64,000 nt of DNA from Candidatus Thorarchaeota archaeon (GTDB lineage: Archaea > Asgardarchaeota > Thorarchaeia > Thorarchaeales > Thorarchaeaceae), in contig DXJO01000022.1 of the NCBI GenBank assembly GCA_019057475.1, forward strand, positions 1 to 64,000. The letters run 5' to 3'. Of this stretch, positions 9,772 through 19,338 are shown in pieces. A program made the translations under genes and the position numbers. The stretch's first letter is position 1, and each line of letters opens with the position of its first letter. The notes beneath the pieces are model-generated. The model made no database searches and had not been told where the DNA came from. It was given only the letters and a program-made list of their open reading frames with translations.

Positions 9772-10038
9772 CTACTCTAGGTATTCATCTGCCTTTTTAG
9801 TTGCAATCCAAGCCTTGGATGTAAACCTCTCGACCAGACCCTCTTTCTCCAGGGTGTTCAGTGATTGCACTACACTGTTATTATCGCACTCAACATGACG
9901 ACCCTTGAGTATTCCAGTTATAGCAGAAGGTCTGTGGCTGTCAGTCTTAATGACGGCCAAGATTTGACGGTCAAGATCCGTAATTTCTTTGCTCATCGTC
10001 ATCAACAAGACCGCCGTCGGGTGCATTCTTTTAAGCAT
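9772..10038 (-). CDS. Small winged-helix protein
   Basis: LDRQILAVI...VVQSLNTLEKEGLVER pattern. Confidence 0.7.
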   Translation of the reverse strand: MLKRMHPTAVLLMTMSKEITDLDRQILAVIKTDSHRPSAITGILKGRHVECDNNSVVQSLNTLEKEGLVERFTSKAWIATKKADEYLE

Positions 10039-10127
10039 ATCTCTAGAACAGCAGTCTTGCCTGTTTCATCACAACCGGCATAATCCTTTTTACGCGGACT
10101 CATCCGCGTGGCGCAGGTTGACGATAG

Positions 10128-10874
10128 ATGTCAGATGAACGAGAGTACCACATCGGAATAGCCCCAAGGGAGATTCCTCCTCTTGTGCTCCTGCCTGGAG
10201 ACCCCGACAGGGCGCGACTGATTGCTGAGCAGTTTTTTGATAACCCTGAAGAAATAGCAAAGAAGAGAGAGTACTGGAGTTTCAAAGGAGAGTATAGGGG
10301 AGTTCCAGTGGCAGTCTGTTCAACAGGAATAGGTTGTCCATCTGCAGCTATTGCTATTGAGGAATTGATCAAAGTCAGGTGTACCACCTTCATCAGAGTA
10401 GGAACAGCTGGCGCGATTGATTCCACTCTGGAATCTGGAACTGTTGTCATCTTCACTGGAGCTGTGAGAGACGAGGGTACATCAAAGCAATACGTGCCAG
10501 TGGAGTACCCGGCCCTAGCGGATCCAGCACTAGTTATCGCACTTGAGAAGGCCGCTCGGGACAGAGGGGCCAAGTATCGAGTTGGGGTTGGCCACAGTAA
10601 GGATGCATTCTACAGTGAGCACCCGGGACTAGTAGCAGACCCAGCTCGAATGAAAGCCCGATGGGACACTCTAAGAAGAATAAACGTACTAGCAACAGAG
10701 ATGGAAGCAGCAGCGCTGTTTGTAATAGGACAAATGAGGGAAGTAAGCGTAGGGGCTGCTTGTGTCATCATAGGGGAGCCCATAGAGAACGAAACGAAGA
10801 TAGTTGGAAAGCCGCCCTTGGACGACCTCGTGACAATTGCGTTAAACGCCATCACTTCTTCCAGTCGCAAATGA
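10128..10874 (+). CDS. Nucleoside (uridine/purine) phosphorylase, NP-I family
   Basis: LLPGDPDRA, STGIGCPSAAIAIEEL, IRVGTAG, TEMEAAALF. Confidence 0.92.
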   Translation: MSDEREYHIGIAPREIPPLVLLPGDPDRARLIAEQFFDNPEEIAKKREYWSFKGEYRGVPVAVCSTGIGCPSAAIAIEELIKVRCTTFIRVGTAGAIDSTLESGTVVIFTGAVRDEGTSKQYVPVEYPALADPALVIALEKAARDRGAKYRVGVGHSKDAFYSEHPGLVADPARMKARWDTLRRINVLATEMEAAALFVIGQMREVSVGAACVIIGEPIENETKIVGKPPLDDLVTIALNAITSSSRK

Positions 10875-10907
10875 ATTCTTTGAATGAAACATTGCTGGGT
10901 CCCGAGA

Positions 10908-11720
10908 TTAAATATCGCCAAACCAGACTTTCTTCTGAACCAGCATATGAAGGTCTTCAGCGCTTTTCCTGTCAATCCCAGTGGCTGCAACCAGCTGGTC
11001 AGGACTTGTAGCTACAAGATCTGTGACTGTAGCGATGCCTGCATTCAATATCGCACTAATGGTTGTGTCTGGGGTTCTAAGCTCGGTGAGTAATGACCTC
11101 AGCTCGTTCTCACTGGCCGCGCTAGCAATTGGAGGTGCAACACCGGGCATCTCAGTTTCAATGGGTTCAGCACCAGGAGGTGGTCCTGCTTCGTCTGCAG
11201 CTGGTGGACTAATGTCATCCTTCAGTGCTTTCAATGCTCCGGGCTCACCAAGTCCCGTATGCTTAGCCAAGAAGGAAGGCCGCAGGATGATTATGCCAAC
11301 GAGAATCATCAGACTCAGCAGTGGAATGAGCAGGAAGGGTGGGATGTGGCCACCAACCAAGCTACCATCAGGTCCAAACCAGATTAGTCCGCTCTCAATT
11401 CCTCCTGTGAAAAGCCCGATAACCGAGCTGCCAGCCAATTCGGTTGCGAAGAGGAGCCATATAGGCGTAAACAGTGCCAAGCCTCCAACTTCAAACAACA
11501 GGAATTCCTTGAACGTATCACGCTTCACGAAATAAACGATTATGACGGGAGCAATTATGATTAGTATAGACACAACAGTCCAAATCTGAAATAAGCCCCA
11601 AAGCGCATCAAGCTCCGCTTGGTCTGTGACGCCTTTTCCTACGAGCCTGATGGCAGCACTTCCCAAGAAGATTATTCCAGTAATAATGGCTCCGTAGAGA
11701 ATTCCTAGGGCATATCTCAA
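10908..11720 (-). CDS. Multi-TM membrane protein with Pro/Ala linker and C-terminal helix-hairpin-helix domain
   Basis: About 4 hydrophobic segments; AGIATVTDLV...LVAATGIDRKSAEDL resembles RadA-N/HhH. Confidence 0.75.
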   Translation of the reverse strand: MRYALGILYGAIITGIIFLGSAAIRLVGKGVTDQAELDALWGLFQIWTVVSILIIIAPVIIVYFVKRDTFKEFLLFEVGGLALFTPIWLLFATELAGSSVIGLFTGGIESGLIWFGPDGSLVGGHIPPFLLIPLLSLMILVGIIILRPSFLAKHTGLGEPGALKALKDDISPPAADEAGPPPGAEPIETEMPGVAPPIASAASENELRSLLTELRTPDTTISAILNAGIATVTDLVATSPDQLVAATGIDRKSAEDLHMLVQKKVWFGDI

Positions 11721-11866
11721 TGTGCATCTCCACCTCTGGCATCAATAGCCGAGATTGCATTCGTTTGAATTGCTAATAGGTGTTTTTGGCATTCCCAGAA
11801 TGTAAATCTGGCTGCGCCCGTCAGCCTTATGAGGGCGTAGAGTGATTGAAACCAAAGTGAATCGAA

Positions 11867-12952
11867 TTGCGTCCGTTCTTCGTCCTCGGGACACGACCTG
11901 AGATAGTGAAACTCGCTCCAATCATCAAGGAATGCGAGAATAGGAATATCAAGTGTTTCCTGTTGCACACCGGCCAACACTATTCCAAGTTCATGAGCGA
12001 ATTATTCCTCAAGGATCTGAGCCTTCGAGAACCTGACAGGAATCTCAACATAGGCTCGGGTACACACGGAGAGCAGACTGCAAAAGCACTTGTTGGAATC
12101 GAGAAAGAACTCGTTAAGGAAAAGCCCGATGTTGTTTTAGTCCAGGGCGATACAAATGCAGTGTTGTCAGCAGCACTCGCATCAGTGAAGATGGGCATCC
12201 CTGTAGCTCACGTTGAGGCTGGATTGAGAAGCTATGACACACGAATGCCTGAGGAGCACAATCGTAGACTCACTGATCACGTTTCGAGCTACCTGTTCGC
12301 ACCTACTCAGAACTCAGCTGCGAATCTTCGCAAGGAAGATGTGTGGGGTAAGATTTTCGTCACCGGTAACACCGTAATTGACACTCTAGAAGAACGTCTG
12401 CCAGCTGCACGAAAAAGGGGACTCATAATTGAAGATGTAGAGCCAAACGCGTTCATCCTTCTTACGCTCCACAGAGCAGAGAATGTGGACAACAAGAAAA
12501 CACTCTCCGGATTGGTTGATGGATTGCTGCAGCTGGAAGCAGACATTGTCTTCCCAGCGCATCCTCGAACAGTTACTAGGCTGGAGAAGTTTGGTCTGAT
12601 GGGAGAATTGCAATCTAGAGGAACCGTGCATATTATCGAACCAACGGGCTACCTTGATTTTCTGGCGTTGTTGGATTCTTGTTCTTACGTCCTCACCGAC
12701 TCAGGAGGAATTCAGGAAGAAGTTACTGCGCCAACGATTAACAAGAGAGTCTTCGTTCTCAGAACCTCAACCGAGAGACCAGAAGCTGTTGAATCAGGAC
12801 ATGCATCAGTCGTGGGAGTGAACCCCAGCGAATTCCCCAAGGCAATACAGATTGCAGTAAGAGCTGGGCTGAATGGCAAGAGGTCCTGCCCGTACGGCGA
12901 TGGCACAGCGTCACAGAAAATCGTGAACATTCTGCTTGATCAGTTGGGATAG
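11867..12952 (+). CDS. wecB: UDP-N-acetylglucosamine 2-epimerase (non-hydrolysing)
   Basis: GTRPEIVK, TGQHY, QGDTN, HVEAGLRS, PEEHNR, HRAEN, TDSGGIQEE, TERPE. Confidence 0.95.
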   Translation: MRPFFVLGTRPEIVKLAPIIKECENRNIKCFLLHTGQHYSKFMSELFLKDLSLREPDRNLNIGSGTHGEQTAKALVGIEKELVKEKPDVVLVQGDTNAVLSAALASVKMGIPVAHVEAGLRSYDTRMPEEHNRRLTDHVSSYLFAPTQNSAANLRKEDVWGKIFVTGNTVIDTLEERLPAARKRGLIIEDVEPNAFILLTLHRAENVDNKKTLSGLVDGLLQLEADIVFPAHPRTVTRLEKFGLMGELQSRGTVHIIEPTGYLDFLALLDSCSYVLTDSGGIQEEVTAPTINKRVFVLRTSTERPEAVESGHASVVGVNPSEFPKAIQIAVRAGLNGKRSCPYGDGTASQKIVNILLDQLG

Positions 12953-13138
12953 AGTCAAGCTCCACAAGTGCATTTTCGTCCATTTTGAAGCTGAATCGCG
13001 GTTTTCCCTTATAAGGAAGGCATCAAAACAGTGTTAGAAACGCCTTAAACGCGCTTTCTGGCGCTATTCTTAGAGAAGTCTTATAAGCGACCGAGGCGCG
13101 TTCTAGATGACTCCTACGGGAGAGGAGATATCAAAACA

Positions 13139-13309
13139 ATGCCTTACATAGTAAAGAAAGCCGTTCAGGACTATGCACGCAGGAACAACATGAAAGTTTC
13201 AGCAGACTTCTATGCTGCAATGGACAAAGAAATCGATGCACTGCTTACCGCAGCTGCAACGAGGTGCAAAGACAACAAACGCAAGACCCTGAAGGCCTAC
13301 GATCTGTAG
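13139..13309 (+). CDS. Short histone-fold protein (alpha3-truncated type); not in ORF track
   Basis: MPYIVKKAVQDYARRNNMKVSADFYAAMDKEIDALLTAAATRCKDNKRKTLKAYDL (56 aa); VS.D loop-1 and RKTxxxxD loop-2 motifs; TTATAAG at 13081, GAGGAG SD, downstream hairpin/U-tract. Confidence 0.85.
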   Translation: MPYIVKKAVQDYARRNNMKVSADFYAAMDKEIDALLTAAATRCKDNKRKTLKAYDL

Positions 13310-13336
13310 ACCATGTGTACATCTAAGAAGGAAGAG

Positions 13337-13383
13337 CTGGAAGCGAGCACGATTTTGCTTCCAGGTCCCTTCCTCTTTTTTCT
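13337..13383 (+). terminator. Hairpin + U-rich terminator after histone gene
   Basis: CTGGAAGC...GCTTCCAG (13337-13364) then CCTCTTTTTT. Confidence 0.55.
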
Positions 13384-13433
13384 TACCGTCACTCTTATTT
13401 GAACTACCTTTTCTCCATGCTGCAGTTGTATGA

Positions 13434-14228
13434 ATGGAGAACAGGCTGTTGAAAAAAATCGTTCTTACCAACGATGATGGACCGTATAGTTCGGGGCTAC
13501 TGAAGCTGGCTGACACATTGGCCAAAGACATGGAGCTTATTGTTGTAGTACCAGATAGTCAGCGAAGTGCCACAGGAAAAGCGCTAACGTTCAACAGACC
13601 GATTCGTGTCTATGAACATGGTGAGAAGAATGGCTATCGACTTGTCACTCATGACGGAACCCCTGCAGACTCAGTCCCGCTTGCACAGGAGTTTGTGAAG
13701 GACATAGACATGTTTGTTTCCGGCATTAACTCAGGAGCAAACATTGGGTATCAGAGCATGCTGACCAGTGGCACCGTCGGTGCCGCCTTCGAAGCGGCGA
13801 TGCAGGGCTACCCCGCTCTGGCAACATCTAGAGTCGTAAACCCTCAAGAGTGGTTCAACCCGAGAGACTCCAGACATGAATACGCCAGAGAGTGCGAAAT
13901 AACTCGTGACATTGTCAAATGGGTGTTGAAGAAAGGACTGCCTGAAGGGATCGATGCATTGAATTTGAATTTCCCCTGTGAGATTGACGCCGACACCTCA
14001 ATCATTTACACCAAGCCCACAATCGTTCGTATGAGCAACGATATCGAGCGCAGACTGGATCCCAATGGAAGTCCGTACTACTGGCTTCGTGGCGTGGAGA
14101 AAGAAGCCGCAGAAGGCTCGGACGCGTATGAGGTCATCACCAATGGCAATATCTCACTCTCACCCATTGTGATTGAGAGTGCAAGAAACGAAGATGTCGA
14201 AAATCTTAGAAAATTCATGGTGGATTAA
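13434..14228 (+). CDS. surE: 5'/3'-nucleotidase SurE
   Basis: LTNDDG, GTPADS, SGINSGANIG, SGTVGAA, DPNGSPYYW. Confidence 0.93.
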   Translation: MENRLLKKIVLTNDDGPYSSGLLKLADTLAKDMELIVVVPDSQRSATGKALTFNRPIRVYEHGEKNGYRLVTHDGTPADSVPLAQEFVKDIDMFVSGINSGANIGYQSMLTSGTVGAAFEAAMQGYPALATSRVVNPQEWFNPRDSRHEYARECEITRDIVKWVLKKGLPEGIDALNLNFPCEIDADTSIIYTKPTIVRMSNDIERRLDPNGSPYYWLRGVEKEAAEGSDAYEVITNGNISLSPIVIESARNEDVENLRKFMVD

Positions 14229-15225
14229 CTTTCTTCAGGGCGCTCCACAAAGCATCTGTGGACGGGCGAGCCAACTGCATTGCCGCCCCCTCGGAGTAAA
14301 TTAGACGTTTCTCTTCATCTTCGAGGATGCGACCCAGAATTGTTGCTTGGACATTCTCCGATTCTATTGCTGCTATGACATCATCCACATGGTTGGAATC
14401 GCAAGTCATGAGCATGCATCCACTGCTGATGAGCTCTAGCACGTTCACGTCAATTGCATCGCACAGCAGTTTCGTCGTGTGATGAATGGGTATCCGATCC
14501 AGTTCCACTTCAAAGCCCACTCCACTCGCATCACACAGCTCATGCAAACCGCCAGCCAGTCCTCCTTCTGTTGGATCATGCATCGCAGTCAGATGACCAG
14601 TTTTGAATGCACTTAGTCCCTCAGATACTACACTGATTTGACTCCTTAGCGCTAATGCCTCATCGAGAACGGCTACATCTAGCTCTTTGGAGAGTACTTT
14701 TCGGCCCTCGGCCGCTAATATGGCAGTCCCCTCAATCCCTACAGTCTTTGTCATCACAACTGCATTTCCGGGTTGTGCGCCTGATGAGGTCACATAATCC
14801 CCCTCACTGGTTTCCCCCAGCATGAAGCCTGCTACTATGGGCTTCTCAATACCTTCCGTAATCTCTGTGTGTCCTCCAGCAACGGTTATGCCAAGCGTCT
14901 TTGCGGCGCTATCTATCTGACTCATTATGCGACCCACTTCAGCTGCAGTGCTGCCCACAGGAAGCATGATTGATGTCAGGAACCATCTGGGGGCAACGCC
15001 GAACGTCGCCACATCGTTTGCGTTGATGTGCACTGCAAGCCACCCGATATCCTCAATTGACCCTGTAATTGGGTCTGTGGAAGCAACGATTACTCGGTTC
15101 CCAATCCTAATCAAAGAGGCATCTTGCCCTATTCCAGGACCAAGAATTAAATCTGGGTCACTTCTACCTAAATGTGTGAAAACCAACCGTTCGAGAACAT
15201 CTGGTGGGATCTTGCCAGGGAGCAT
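14215..15225 (-). CDS. AIR synthase-related (PurM/HypE-like) protein
   Basis: GPGIGQDA, STDPITG, NANDV, GGHTE, MHDPTEGG, ISSG. Confidence 0.88.
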   Translation of the reverse strand: MLPGKIPPDVLERLVFTHLGRSDPDLILGPGIGQDASLIRIGNRVIVASTDPITGSIEDIGWLAVHINANDVATFGVAPRWFLTSIMLPVGSTAAEVGRIMSQIDSAAKTLGITVAGGHTEITEGIEKPIVAGFMLGETSEGDYVTSSGAQPGNAVVMTKTVGIEGTAILAAEGRKVLSKELDVAVLDEALALRSQISVVSEGLSAFKTGHLTAMHDPTEGGLAGGLHELCDASGVGFEVELDRIPIHHTTKLLCDAIDVNVLELISSGCMLMTCDSNHVDDVIAAIESENVQATILGRILEDEEKRLIYSEGAAMQLARPSTDALWSALKKVNPP

Positions 15226-15409
15226 ATCGTTTGACTCCTTTACGTCAAGAGGTGCGCATTGGTACTGTGCACAGGTGTATGAAAAGTGAAATCATAGAGT
15301 ACCCATACTGGGCTCTCCTCACTCACTATGACACAAGGCAATTCTCGCACCAATGCGCAACTCAAGCAGCAAGCAGATACTAATAACCTAATCGAGAGCA
15401 CTGATGCGC

Positions 15410-16903
15410 TCAATGTGACAAGTACGCTTCTGCTTCTACCAAGTCTGAGGCTCTAAAGCGCACCTTTTCGTGGCTTCCCTTGAGAAGCATACCAAGCACC
15501 GAGTCAGTCCGCATTAGCTCCCTTGATAGGTATGCACGTCCGCCTCCAGCGCGAGCAATCAGGTACGCACCGAACGTCTTTCGAAACTCCGGTACGGCCA
15601 ACAATGTTTCCATTGGATTGTTGTGACCCTCCTTTCGCATCCTGAGCATTGTGGCCAGCTCTAGCGCGTCATGGTATGGACGCTTGAGTATCCGAGCCCA
15701 CTGAACCTGTTCGGGATCGACATTGACTGTAGCCAACCGCACATTGGCCTTGCGAAGCATCCGTGAAGCCTTGACCAAATCCCGGACTGGAGTATACTTA
15801 GCTTGACCGGGTCCTACAGATTGAGCAAGGGGAACATTGGGCGCAAAGTCGGATATGATAATCACAAGAGGCTCGATGCTCTCCCTACGCATCCTCTCTC
15901 TCTTGATGGTTTCGAGGGATTTCATTAGCCCTTCAGCCAGAGGCGTAAGGCCTGATACTCTCAATCGGGTGAAACCGCGATAGAGCTTGTTCCAGTTCGA
16001 TGTGGGGGTCTGAACTTCGACTGCCCCGCTATCTTTGAATGCAATTATACCTGCGCGGTCTCTGGACCCTCGAGTTTCACGCTCTATGCGCTCTAGGAGA
16101 TCTCGTACTTGGCTCATACTCCCCTTCATGGACATACTTACGTCGATGACAAGGATGACCGTCAAGGGTATTCTTGCAGTGAAGACTTTCTCCCTGATGT
16201 CGCTCTTGGAGATTACTAGCTTCTGACCAGGCGTTATTCTACCTGTTCTCGCCACAGCTGCAACTACGGTGGAAGGCAAGTGAATGCTACTTGCGTTCTT
16301 CGGCGGTACTCGAAACCTCAAGGAGCGACCGTGTTGTGAGGTTTCAGATGCTTTTAGAGATCCCGCAGACCGAGAGCTGACCCTCTTGTTAACCCACCCG
16401 CCAGAAGAAACCTTTGACCGTTTCATAACCTTGGAACGAAGCTCCCTGGCGTCAAAGATAGCCTCACCACTGGCAAGGTCAGGAATCTTCACAAAGAATC
16501 CTGCATCGATACCGATTGGAGATTCTCTGATTTCAGACTTGAAACCAATGACCTTTGTGGGAGGCTTGAAGCTATAGGGTCGCGTAGCGAAGCCCCATTC
16601 ATCACCCGGTTCAGGAACCCCGTCCCCCGATTCTACAGTATCTATCCCTGCCGCGGGTCCACTCTTCCTTCGCATCATGGTTCGTAGCCAAAGGCGGATT
16701 GTGTAGTAACTGAGGGGAACGAACACAATGGTGTTCAGAATGAAAAGCGGAATCGTTGGGAATGTGCCCAACGGATAGCCTACTAGAAATGAAATCGGGC
16801 TGAAGTATATCCAAGCGAAATACAAAAACACAGTCACCATCATAATAGCACAGATCGTGCCCTTGATGGGGTCACCCCGGGGACGCCTTATTTTCCTCGG
16901 CGT
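15410..16903 (-). CDS. ChlD-like C-terminal part (2 TM + VWA), probably reached by -1 frameshift from upstream AAA+ ORF
   Basis: DIREK...VILVIDVSMSM (MIDAS), GLTPLAEGL, IISD; frame open from the A9 run at 16911-16903 through ATG 16843. Confidence 0.8.
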   Translation of the reverse strand, partial: TPRKIRRPRGDPIKGTICAIMMVTVFLYFAWIYFSPISFLVGYPLGTFPTIPLFILNTIVFVPLSYYTIRLWLRTMMRRKSGPAAGIDTVESGDGVPEPGDEWGFATRPYSFKPPTKVIGFKSEIRESPIGIDAGFFVKIPDLASGEAIFDARELRSKVMKRSKVSSGGWVNKRVSSRSAGSLKASETSQHGRSLRFRVPPKNASSIHLPSTVVAAVARTGRITPGQKLVISKSDIREKVFTARIPLTVILVIDVSMSMKGSMSQVRDLLERIERETRGSRDRAGIIAFKDSGAVEVQTPTSNWNKLYRGFTRLRVSGLTPLAEGLMKSLETIKRERMRRESIEPLVIIISDFAPNVPLAQSVGPGQAKYTPVRDLVKASRMLRKANVRLATVNVDPEQVQWARILKRPYHDALELATMLRMRKEGHNNPMETLLAVPEFRKTFGAYLIARAGGGRAYLSRELMRTDSVLGMLLKGSHEKVRFRASDLVEAEAYLSH

Positions 16904-16911
16904 TTTTTTTT
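16860..16911 (-). other. Putative -1 programmed ribosomal frameshift cassette
   Basis: GGC AAA AAA AAA CGC (A_AAA_AAA heptamer) followed by CGCC...GGCG and GGGG-TGA-CCCC stems. Confidence 0.75.
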
Positions 16912-18126
16912 GCCGTCTCCAGATCCTTTGGTTGCGAAGCTAGATTGTCTGCCGAAACTGCCTCCACTAGAACGACGGCCGGTTTCTTCCTTAGACGGTG
17001 GCACCTCAGTGGGGGATTTGCGCTTATCAGATTTCTGCGTAATATTAACCGCTTTTGTGATGGCTTGATCAATATCCGTGGACGAAGGCGGATCCAACAA
17101 ACCACCCCTTCGGGTTCTGTGACTCAACGTGAGCTGGGACGCTATCTTCATGTCGTCTAGGGCAACTTCCTTGCGCCCTTCAAGGGCGGCGCGAGTGATT
17201 GCTGTCTTGCTAATTATGATGTCTGGTCTGACTCCATCAACTTCAAGGGCGTCGCAGGCCATAGCAATAGCCCTGAGACTGTGCTCCGGCAAGACTACTT
17301 CTTTCAGTATCCCCTTTGCCTGGACAATTCGTTCGCGAAGACTTGCCTGCTCCTCGGACCATTCATGTAGGAATCGTTCCGGATCGATTTCAAAAGAGAG
17401 GTTCCTGCGCACCAAGTCCATCCGTTGCTCAATTGTGAAGTTACTGTCCACTGCAACGTGCAGAGGAAATCTGTCAAGCAGCTGTGGACGCAGTTCTCCC
17501 TCTTCTGGATTCATAGTGCCTATGAGTACAAAGTCTGCTGGGTGTGAGATGGATATACCCTCGCGCTCGATTACGTTGACTTCAGTTGCAGCAGCATCAA
17601 GAAGGTCATCAACCAGATGATCAGGCAGTAGGTTAATCTCGTCAACATAGAGTACATTCTGATGGGCCTCAGCGAGAATCCCAGGCCTGAGTGCTTGAAT
17701 GCCCTCCTGCAGAACCTTTTCGATGTCAAGAGCACCGATCAGTCGATCCTCCGTCGTGGAGAGCGGCAGGTTCACGACTCGCATCTTCCGTTTGTGGGAC
17801 TTCAATTCCTTGCTGGATTTCATGCGTGCTAGGCACTCAGCACATAGGAACTCCTTTCGTGATGGATTGCATCCAAAACGACAATCATCAACCACGTCGA
17901 CCTCAGGCAGTAGGTCTGCCAGGGCTCTCACAACAGTGGTCTTCCCAGTACCTTTTGGTCCTGAGATGAGGACACCTCCTATTCGTGGGTTGACTCCATT
18001 CAGAATTAGAGCTAGCTTGAGATGTTCAAGGCCGACGATGGATGTGAATGGCAAAACAGATCTCTTTAGCTCGCTCACAAGTTTTCCAGTCCAATTTGAT
18101 GCTGCTTGTTGGAAAGTTAAAGACAC
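16888..18126 (-). CDS. ChlI/BchI-like chelatase-type AAA+ ATPase
   Basis: LPFTSIVG, GPKGTGKTT, TEDRLIG, LYVDEINLL, GTMNPEEGELRPQLLDRF. Confidence 0.93.
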   Translation of the reverse strand: MSLTFQQAASNWTGKLVSELKRSVLPFTSIVGLEHLKLALILNGVNPRIGGVLISGPKGTGKTTVVRALADLLPEVDVVDDCRFGCNPSRKEFLCAECLARMKSSKELKSHKRKMRVVNLPLSTTEDRLIGALDIEKVLQEGIQALRPGILAEAHQNVLYVDEINLLPDHLVDDLLDAAATEVNVIEREGISISHPADFVLIGTMNPEEGELRPQLLDRFPLHVAVDSNFTIEQRMDLVRRNLSFEIDPERFLHEWSEEQASLRERIVQAKGILKEVVLPEHSLRAIAMACDALEVDGVRPDIIISKTAITRAALEGRKEVALDDMKIASQLTLSHRTRRGGLLDPPSSTDIDQAITKAVNITQKSDKRKSPTEVPPSKEETGRRSSGGSFGRQSSFATKGSGDGKKKRRGK

Positions 18127-18165
18127 AAATAAGGCTGCGCGTTAACGTAGGTCTGGGTCTATTGA

Positions 18166-19338
18166 GTGATATCACACATCTCACACCTTGAATGCCCCCG
18201 GTGCAGCAGGAAGTATAATGCTGAAAGGACGGCGTCCTATTGCATCTGTGGTTCACCTCTCTTTGCAATCTATGACACGATAGGTGTGAGTGAGGCTGTA
18301 GGACGGGGCGAGTTCCCGTCAAGAGTGAACTCCATGTGGAGATACTCTCAGCTCCTCCCTGTGAAATCGCCATCCTTTATTGTAAGCCTGGGGGAAGGCT
18401 GGACACCACTGAGTCTGTCACGACGACTTGGCCGTCATCTGGGTCTCAAGATATTGAGGATTAAGGATGAAGCCCAAAACCCCACTCTGAGCTTCAAAGA
18501 CCGAGGTCTCTGCGCGGCGATATCAAAGCATCTCGAACTCGGTAGCAATGCATTCGCTCTACCCTCCGCCGGTAACGCGGGAATATCCACAAGCGCATAT
18601 TGTGCGGCTGCAGGAGTACCGGCCCATATCTTCATGCCAACAGAAACCCCAGAAGCATTCTTTCGGGTTTGTGAAACATTTGGAGCGGAAGTTGTCAAGG
18701 TCGACGGCACTATCTCAGACAGCGCGGCTGAGATGAGAAAAAGAAACGGTGACTGGATGGACCTTTCAACAACAAAGGAACCCTATCGTGTTGAGGGAAA
18801 GAAGACATTGGGCTTCGAAATCGCTGAACAACTGGGATGGAAAATGCCTGACGTAATTATCTGTCCGACAGGAGGAGGAACCGCCCTGATTGCCATTTGG
18901 AAGGCGTTCGATGAACTCGAAGCCATTGGATTGGTGGGAAACGAAAGACCACGCATGTATGCCGCACAGAGCGGCGCATGCGCACCGGTAGTACGGGCTG
19001 TTGAAAGAAACGCAGAAGAGATTGAACCATGGCCCAATGGGAACACAATTGCCTATGGTCTTAGGGTTCCAAGCCCTTTTGCGGGGCATCTATTACTCAA
19101 TACAATTAGGCGCTCCGGAGGCAGTGCAGTCGCTGTTGCTGAACAGGAGATTGAACCAAGCCGCAGAATGGCGGCACTGATGGAAGGTCTGGAGATATGC
19201 CCAGAGGCGGCTGTTGGACTAGCAGGTCTCCGAAACTTGATTGAATCGGGAGAAATCGACTACTCTGAGGACATCGTGCTTCTGAACACCGGTTCCGGTG
19301 CTCGATATCCCTTCACGAAAACCAATCTGAACCATTAA
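18166..19338 (+). CDS. thrC: Threonine synthase (PLP, fold type II)
   Basis: SLGEGWTPL, NPTLSFKDRG, SAGNAG, EGKKTLGFEI, PTGGG, LNTGSG. Confidence 0.9.
   Translation: MISHISHLECPRCSRKYNAERTASYCICGSPLFAIYDTIGVSEAVGRGEFPSRVNSMWRYSQLLPVKSPSFIVSLGEGWTPLSLSRRLGRHLGLKILRIKDEAQNPTLSFKDRGLCAAISKHLELGSNAFALPSAGNAGISTSAYCAAAGVPAHIFMPTETPEAFFRVCETFGAEVVKVDGTISDSAAEMRKRNGDWMDLSTTKEPYRVEGKKTLGFEIAEQLGWKMPDVIICPTGGGTALIAIWKAFDELEAIGLVGNERPRMYAAQSGACAPVVRAVERNAEEIEPWPNGNTIAYGLRVPSPFAGHLLLNTIRRSGGSAVAVAEQEIEPSRRMAALMEGLEICPEAAVGLAGLRNLIESGEIDYSEDIVLLNTGSGARYPFTKTNLNH

Noticed and set aside
13020-13110. E2F-type sites in the histone promoter (and upstream of the E2F-like gene)
   Set aside because: Only partial GCGC/GGCG matches, expected by chance; no exact TTTSSCGC.
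14215-15225. Selenophosphate synthetase SelD or selenoprotein
   Set aside because: No N-terminal Cys/Sec-x-x-Lys motif and no in-frame TGA; generic AIR-synthase-like protein.
15286-15335. Stem-loop (TCATAG...CTATGA with inner GAGTACCCA/TGGGCTC)
   Set aside because: Single short structure with no family motif; may be a 3' element of the VWA gene.
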